A DNA stretch of 63,158 nt, counting the filler. It is 5 parts of 5 records of this genome, joined end to end, with 100 filler letters (N's around TTAATTAATTAA, not from the genome) between each part and the next. Parts side by side here need not be neighbours in the genome. Positions count along the whole stretch, not along the records: positions 57,258 to 63,158 come from SRR31156797_17644; 4 more parts are not named here. The stretch is one strand, 5' to 3'. Position numbers and translations under genes: made by a program. Positions 58,274-63,158 of the stretch are shown piece by piece; position 1 is the stretch's first letter, and every line of letters starts with the position of its first letter. The notes beneath the pieces were generated by a model. It was not told where the DNA came from, did not search any database, and saw only the letters and a list, made by a program, of their open reading frames with translations.

Positions 58274-58924
58274 TTACTTGTCCCTGCTTAGTAACTTATT
58301 TATGGTAATTGCAGCCATCATAAAGCCAAACGAACCAGTAACTGCTTCAAAGCTACCTTTCTCTATACAGTTTGGGTTTTCTCCTGAGAAAACAACTTTA
58401 AACTTCTTTTTGAAACCTCTTTTTTTAAGTTCAGTTCTAATTTTTCTAATAAATGGGTCATTGTAAGTATCCCAAATTGATTTGTATTCAATCTTACTTG
58501 GATCAAATCTTTTTGCCCCACCACTTGTACTAATGATTTTTGTAAAGTATCTTTGGATTAAATGAACTTTTGGAGCAACATCATCAATTGCGTCTAAAAT
58601 GTAGTCGTAAGATGAAAAATCAAAATTGTCTATCCACTCAGGAGTTATTTTTGCATGAATTGCTTCAACCTTTGGATATCTCTCTTTTAAAGCATCAACT
58701 TTAACTCTTCCCACATTACCATGACTTCCTAATTGTCTATTCATATTTGATTCTTCATAAGTATCAAAATCAACAATTGTAATGTTTGTTAAACCTGTGT
58801 TATATAGTGAGTCTAAAGCAAAGCTTCCAACTCCTCCTACACCTAATAAAATAACTTTCGCATTTTTAATTTTTTCAAAATTTTCTTCACCAAATAATTT
58901 TATGGTTCTATCGTATTCTTGCAT
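58274..58924 (-). CDS. tcdA: tRNA threonylcarbamoyladenosine dehydratase (ThiF family)
   Basis: GVGGVGS, DFD..EESNMNRQ, DAID, DP..RKIR. Confidence 0.85.
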   Translation of the reverse strand: MQEYDRTIKLFGEENFEKIKNAKVILLGVGGVGSFALDSLYNTGLTNITIVDFDTYEESNMNRQLGSHGNVGRVKVDALKERYPKVEAIHAKITPEWIDNFDFSSYDYILDAIDDVAPKVHLIQRYFTKIISTSGGAKRFDPSKIEYKSIWDTYNDPFIRKIRTELKKRGFKKKFKVVFSGENPNCIEKGSFEAVTGSFGFMMAAITINKLLSRDK

Positions 58925-59002
58925 ATCTACTCTTTTATAAAAATTTCGATATTATATCAAATTAATATGAAAATAAAACAATAATATAATAGGAGCCTTA
59001 TC

Positions 59003-59488
59003 ATGGATAAAGAGCCAATGACAAGAGTTGGATATGAAAAAATTACAGGTGAATTAGATTTTTTAAAAAATAAAGAAAGACCTGAAACAGTGATTGCATT
59101 AGATGAGGCAAGACAGCTAGGTGACCTAAAAGAAAATGCAGAATATCATGCTGCAAAAGATAAGTTAGCAATTATAGATTCTCAAATTGGAGAATTAGGT
59201 TCAATTATCTCTAAGGCTGTAATTATTGACCCTGAAACTTTACCTCATGATAGAGTAAGTTTTGGTTCAACAGTTGAATTAGTAGATGTAGAAACAGATG
59301 AAGAATTTACATATGCAATTGTTGGTGGAATAGAGTCAAATGCCGAAAAAGGTTTAATCTCTTTTAACTCTCCATTAGCAAAACAGCTTTTAGGAAAACA
59401 AGAAGGTGATGAACTTACTGCTACTTTACCAGGTGGTGAAACATCTTTTGAAATCTTAAGTGTAGGATATAAGGAGCTAGAATTATAA
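59003..59488 (+). CDS. greA: Transcription elongation factor GreA
   Basis: GDLKENAEYHAAK, ISFNSPLAK. Confidence 0.95.
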   Translation: MDKEPMTRVGYEKITGELDFLKNKERPETVIALDEARQLGDLKENAEYHAAKDKLAIIDSQIGELGSIISKAVIIDPETLPHDRVSFGSTVELVDVETDEEFTYAIVGGIESNAEKGLISFNSPLAKQLLGKQEGDELTATLPGGETSFEILSVGYKELEL

Positions 59489-60492
59489 TGAATGTAGCAA
59501 TTATTGGAGCAAGTGGTTATACAGGACTAGAGTTAATTAAGATTCTTATTAATCATCCAACATTTAATATATCTTATATTGCAAACTCTACAGGGGAACA
59601 AAATGTTCAAGATTTACACCCTTGTTTAAAAGATATTATTGATGTTGAAGTTTCAAAAGCAGATGCAAATGAGGTAGCAAAAGTTGCAGATTTAGCATTT
59701 TTAGCACTTCCTCATAAAACTTCTATGTCTTTTGCAAAAGAGCTTTTAGAGCTTGGAGTAAAGGTAGTTGATTTATCTGCTGATTATAGATTAGAGCTTG
59801 AAACATATGAAGAGCACTATTGTCCACATGAAGATAAAGAGCATATTAAAGATGCAGTTTATGGACTTCCTGAGTATTATAAAGAAGAGTTAAAGTCTTC
59901 AAAGCTAGTTGCTAATCCAGGATGTTTCCCAACAGCAGCACTTTTAGCGCTTTTCCCTTTTATTGATTATATTGACACAAATGCACAAATCTTCATTGAT
60001 GCAAAAACAGGAATGAGTGGAGCTGGAAAAGGTTTAAAAGAGGTTACTCATTTTGGTCATTTAAATGAAAATTGCCATGCATATAACCCTTTTAAACATA
60101 GACATATGCCAGAAATTCAAGAGAAAGTAAAACTAGTAAAAGGTGTTGATTGTCAAATCAATTTTGTGCCACATCTACTACCTATTACAAGAGGAATGTT
60201 AGTTTCTGTATTTGCAACACTAAAAGAAGATGTTGATGTAAACAAAGTTTTAGAAGAAGCTTATAAAGACTCTCCTTTTGTTAGAGTTAGAAATACTCCT
60301 GTTGATTTAAAATCAACAGCAGGAACAAACTTCTGTGATATCTTTGTAGAAACAAATGGAAAAGCACTATTCGTAAACTCTTCTATTGATAATCTATTAA
60401 GAGGTGCTTCATCTCAAGCAGTTGTAAATGCAAACTTAATGTGTGGATTAGATGAAGAAGAAGGAATTCCTAAAATAGCTTATGTTCCATAG
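59488..60492 (+). CDS. argC: N-acetyl-gamma-glutamyl-phosphate reductase
   Basis: GASGYTG, DLSADYR, ANPGCFPT, HRHMPEI, IDNL.RGAS. Confidence 0.96.
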   Translation: MNVAIIGASGYTGLELIKILINHPTFNISYIANSTGEQNVQDLHPCLKDIIDVEVSKADANEVAKVADLAFLALPHKTSMSFAKELLELGVKVVDLSADYRLELETYEEHYCPHEDKEHIKDAVYGLPEYYKEELKSSKLVANPGCFPTAALLALFPFIDYIDTNAQIFIDAKTGMSGAGKGLKEVTHFGHLNENCHAYNPFKHRHMPEIQEKVKLVKGVDCQINFVPHLLPITRGMLVSVFATLKEDVDVNKVLEEAYKDSPFVRVRNTPVDLKSTAGTNFCDIFVETNGKALFVNSSIDNLLRGASSQAVVNANLMCGLDEEEGIPKIAYVP

Positions 60493-61177
60493 TATAAAAA
60501 AAGATTCAATTTTTATAGCTGATTCTCACTTTAATGAGAAGAATCAAGAGCTATTAACACTTTTAGAAAAAATTGCAAATAAACAATTGAACCCATCACA
60601 ACTTTTTTTGATGGGGGATATTATTGATTTTATTTCTGGTGAAAGTAAATACTTTATAAAAACAAATAAAAAAGTTGTTGATTTAATAAATCAAATCTCA
60701 AATAGTATTGAGGTTTTTTATTTAGAGGGAAATCATGACTACAATCTTCAAAATATATTTCCAAATGTAAAAGTATTTAAAAGAGAAAATCAACCAGTTA
60801 ACTTTATCTTTGAAGATAAAACAATAGCTATGTCCCATGGAGATATTTTTACTCCGTGGCATTATAATCTGTATTGCACAATTATTAGAAATAAACCTTT
60901 ACTCATGTTTTTGAATCTAATTGACTTTGGAAATATAATTTCTAAGAAAATTGAGAGTTCTTTACTTAAAAAAAGTATTTGTGGAACAATTGATGATTTT
61001 GAATCTTTTGCTAAAAAAAGGGTCTCAAATTATGAAACAGATTTAGTTGTTGAAGGACATTTTCATCAAGGTAAAACTTTCAAAAGCGAAAAACAAACTT
61101 ATATAAATATTCCATCATTATGTTGTTCTAAACAGTATGTATTATTTGATGGTGAATTTGCAGGAGTAAATATATGA
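60482..61177 (+). CDS. lpxH: UDP-2,3-diacylglucosamine diphosphatase-like metallophosphoesterase
   Basis: IADSH, GDIID, EGNHD, SHGD, GHFH. Confidence 0.8.
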   Translation: MFHSIKKDSIFIADSHFNEKNQELLTLLEKIANKQLNPSQLFLMGDIIDFISGESKYFIKTNKKVVDLINQISNSIEVFYLEGNHDYNLQNIFPNVKVFKRENQPVNFIFEDKTIAMSHGDIFTPWHYNLYCTIIRNKPLLMFLNLIDFGNIISKKIESSLLKKSICGTIDDFESFAKKRVSNYETDLVVEGHFHQGKTFKSEKQTYINIPSLCCSKQYVLFDGEFAGVNI

Positions 61178-61743
61178 TTAATGAAAGTACAATTATGACT
61201 TTTCTTATGGTTATATCTGTAATCATTGTAGTTTTATTAGTTATTATCATTATGTTGATAATGCAAAATAAAGGTGGTAAAAAAAGTAAGAAAAGGCATA
61301 AGATGAGTACTTCTTATCATAAAGTAAATATGCCAAATACAATGAAGCTTTATTTACCAAATGTAATTGAAAAAATGTCTAAAAAAGAAGTTTTAGGAAT
61401 TACTAAAAAAGTATATGAGTCTTATAAAATCTTTGACTATAAAAAAATGGACTTAAATGAATTAGATAAAAAAGAGTGGCATACTTGGCAGGTTTCTTTT
61501 TTATTTATGATGTATAAACAAGACCAAGAGTTTTTTATTCCAAATCAAGATGCAATTTTTCATCCATTTTTAATTAAAGCATCAGCAAATGATATGAAAA
61601 GCTTTGTAAGGGGTTTAATAAAAAAATATGAAAATCATGTAGATACTTCTTTAGATAAAGACTCTTTATGTAAAGAGTATTTATGGTCAAATAAAGATAT
61701 CTCAATACTTTTTTACTTCTTGGCAAATTATAAAAACTATTAA
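61174..61743 (+). CDS. Hypothetical protein with N-terminal membrane anchor
   Basis: One long hydrophobic helix then a Lys-rich segment; overlaps the lpxH stop. Confidence 0.75.
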   Translation: MINESTIMTFLMVISVIIVVLLVIIIMLIMQNKGGKKSKKRHKMSTSYHKVNMPNTMKLYLPNVIEKMSKKEVLGITKKVYESYKIFDYKKMDLNELDKKEWHTWQVSFLFMMYKQDQEFFIPNQDAIFHPFLIKASANDMKSFVRGLIKKYENHVDTSLDKDSLCKEYLWSNKDISILFYFLANYKNY

Positions 61744-61754
61744 AAGGATATATT

Positions 61755-63158
61755 ATCGCACAATTTAAAGTTAATAGTGAATATGAACCAGCAGGTGACC
61801 AGCCTGTAGCAATTGATGCAATTAGTAAATCAATTTTAGATGGAAATAGATATACAACATTAGAAGGTGTTACTGGTTCTGGTAAAACTTATACTATGGC
61901 AAAGGTAATTGAGAAAACTCAAAAGCCAACATTAATTATGACTCATAATAAAACTCTTGCTGCACAGTTATATTCTGAGTTTAGACAGTTCTTTCCTAAC
62001 AATCACGTAGAATATTTTATCTCTTATTATGATTATTATCAACCAGAAGCATATATTCCAAGAACTGACCTTTTTATAGAAAAAGATTCATCTATTAATA
62101 GTGAATTAGAAAGATTAAGACTTAGTGCAACAGCATCATTACTTAGCTTTGATGATGTTATTGTTATTGCTTCAGTTTCAGCTAACTATGGTTTAGGTAA
62201 TCCAAATGAATATAAAGCAATGGTTCAAAGAATTGAAGTAGGCTTTGAATATTCTCAAAGAGAGTTTTTACTTAAACTTGTAGAGATGGGATATAAAAGA
62301 AATGATTCATTTTTTGATAGGGCTGATTTTAGAGTAAATGGTGATGTTATTGATATTTATCCTGCTTATTTTGAAGATGAGTATATTCGTGTTGAGTTCT
62401 TTGGTGATGAAGTAGAATCAATCACAAAACATGAATACTTAACAAATGAAAAAACAAAGTCTTTAGAAGAAGCTATTATTTACTCAGTTAATCCATTTGT
62501 TGTTACAAGTGAAAACTTAGGTAAGGCCGTAAAAGAAATAGAAGAAGAGCTTGATGAAAGGCTTGATTACTTTACAAAAGAAGATAAGCTAGTTGAGTAT
62601 CAAAGATTAAAACAAAGAGTTGAGTTTGATTTAGAGATGATTGAAGGTACTGGTATGTGTAAAGGAATTGAAAACTATGCACGTCATTTAACTGGACTAA
62701 AACCCGGACAAACTCCTTATTCACTTATGGATTATTTTGAACAAATAGGAAAAGACTTCTTACTAATTGTTGATGAATCACATGTTTCTTTACCTCAATT
62801 TAGAGGAATGCATGCAGCAGATAGAAGTAGAAAAGAGGTTCTTGTTGATTATGGATTTAGATTACCAAGTGCATTGGATAATAGACCATTAAAGTTTGAT
62901 GAGTTTATAAATAAAGCTCCTTCATATCTTTTTGTATCTGCAACCCCTGCTGAGCTTGAGATTGAAAAAAGTGATGTAGTAGCAAAACAGATTATTAGAC
63001 CAACGGGGCTTTTAGACCCAATTATTCAAATAGAAGATAGTGAGTATCAAGTAGAGAAACTACATGATGAGATTAAAAAAACGGTTGAAAAGGATGAAAG
63101 AGTTTTAGTAACCGTATTGACTAAAAAAATGGCAGAAGAGTTAACTTCTTATTATTCT
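61755..63158 (+). CDS. uvrB: Excinuclease ABC subunit B, 3' truncated (absent from the ORF track)
   Basis: Manual translation: [48 protein letters not shown]; apparent ATC start. Confidence 0.95.
   Translation, partial: MAQFKVNSEYEPAGDQPVAIDAISKSILDGNRYTTLEGVTGSGKTYTMAKVIEKTQKPTLIMTHNKTLAAQLYSEFRQFFPNNHVEYFISYYDYYQPEAYIPRTDLFIEKDSSINSELERLRLSATASLLSFDDVIVIASVSANYGLGNPNEYKAMVQRIEVGFEYSQREFLLKLVEMGYKRNDSFFDRADFRVNGDVIDIYPAYFEDEYIRVEFFGDEVESITKHEYLTNEKTKSLEEAIIYSVNPFVVTSENLGKAVKEIEEELDERLDYFTKEDKLVEYQRLKQRVEFDLEMIEGTGMCKGIENYARHLTGLKPGQTPYSLMDYFEQIGKDFLLIVDESHVSLPQFRGMHAADRSRKEVLVDYGFRLPSALDNRPLKFDEFINKAPSYLFVSATPAELEIEKSDVVAKQIIRPTGLLDPIIQIEDSEYQVEKLHDEIKKTVEKDERVLVTVLTKKMAEELTSYYS

Overview
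The window is five unrelated contigs joined by artificial 100-nt linkers (N44-TTAATTAATTAA-N44 at 14685-14784, 21079-21178, 39825-39924, 57158-57257). Taxonomic labels below are inferred from gene content and composition. (1) 1-14684, sulfate-reducing deltaproteobacterium-like: a sigma54-driven operon (HcnCAB/opine-oxidase-like dehydrogenase, Rid imine deaminase, TRAP transporter), an Fe(III) ABC transporter with a Fur-like box, and a Tat-exported TorA-like molybdoenzyme. (2) 14785-21078, GC-richer anaerobe: CoA ligase fragment, MoaD/ThiS, an HcrA-like xanthine-oxidase-family trimer and an acyl-CoA dehydrogenase with a winged-helix-like tail. (3) 21179-39824, AT-rich Bacteroidota: T9SS cargo proteins, a Crp/Fnr-linked stress cluster, a structured leader RNA candidate, a secreted LAGLIDADG-like protein and a 41-42-bp tandem array. 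(4) 39925-57157, GC-rich spirochaete-like: TrmB-ilvE with a 30-bp palindrome on the start codon, a sulfatase lacking its catalytic residues coupled to an HD protein and a GNAT-histidine kinase fusion, two tandem candidate ECF-sigma sRNAs antisense to SD+ATGAAA, MFS-HEAT, hybrid kinase, hisC and prsW. (5) 57258-63158, Arcobacter-like housekeeping genes (cheV, tcdA, greA, argC, lpxH, and uvrB with a non-canonical start). No rRNA, tRNA, CRISPR or transposase was seen. The best novelty candidates are the tandem sRNA pair (51269-51531), the pseudo-sulfatase/HD/GNAT-kinase operon, and the HcrA-like/ACAD-wHTH cluster.
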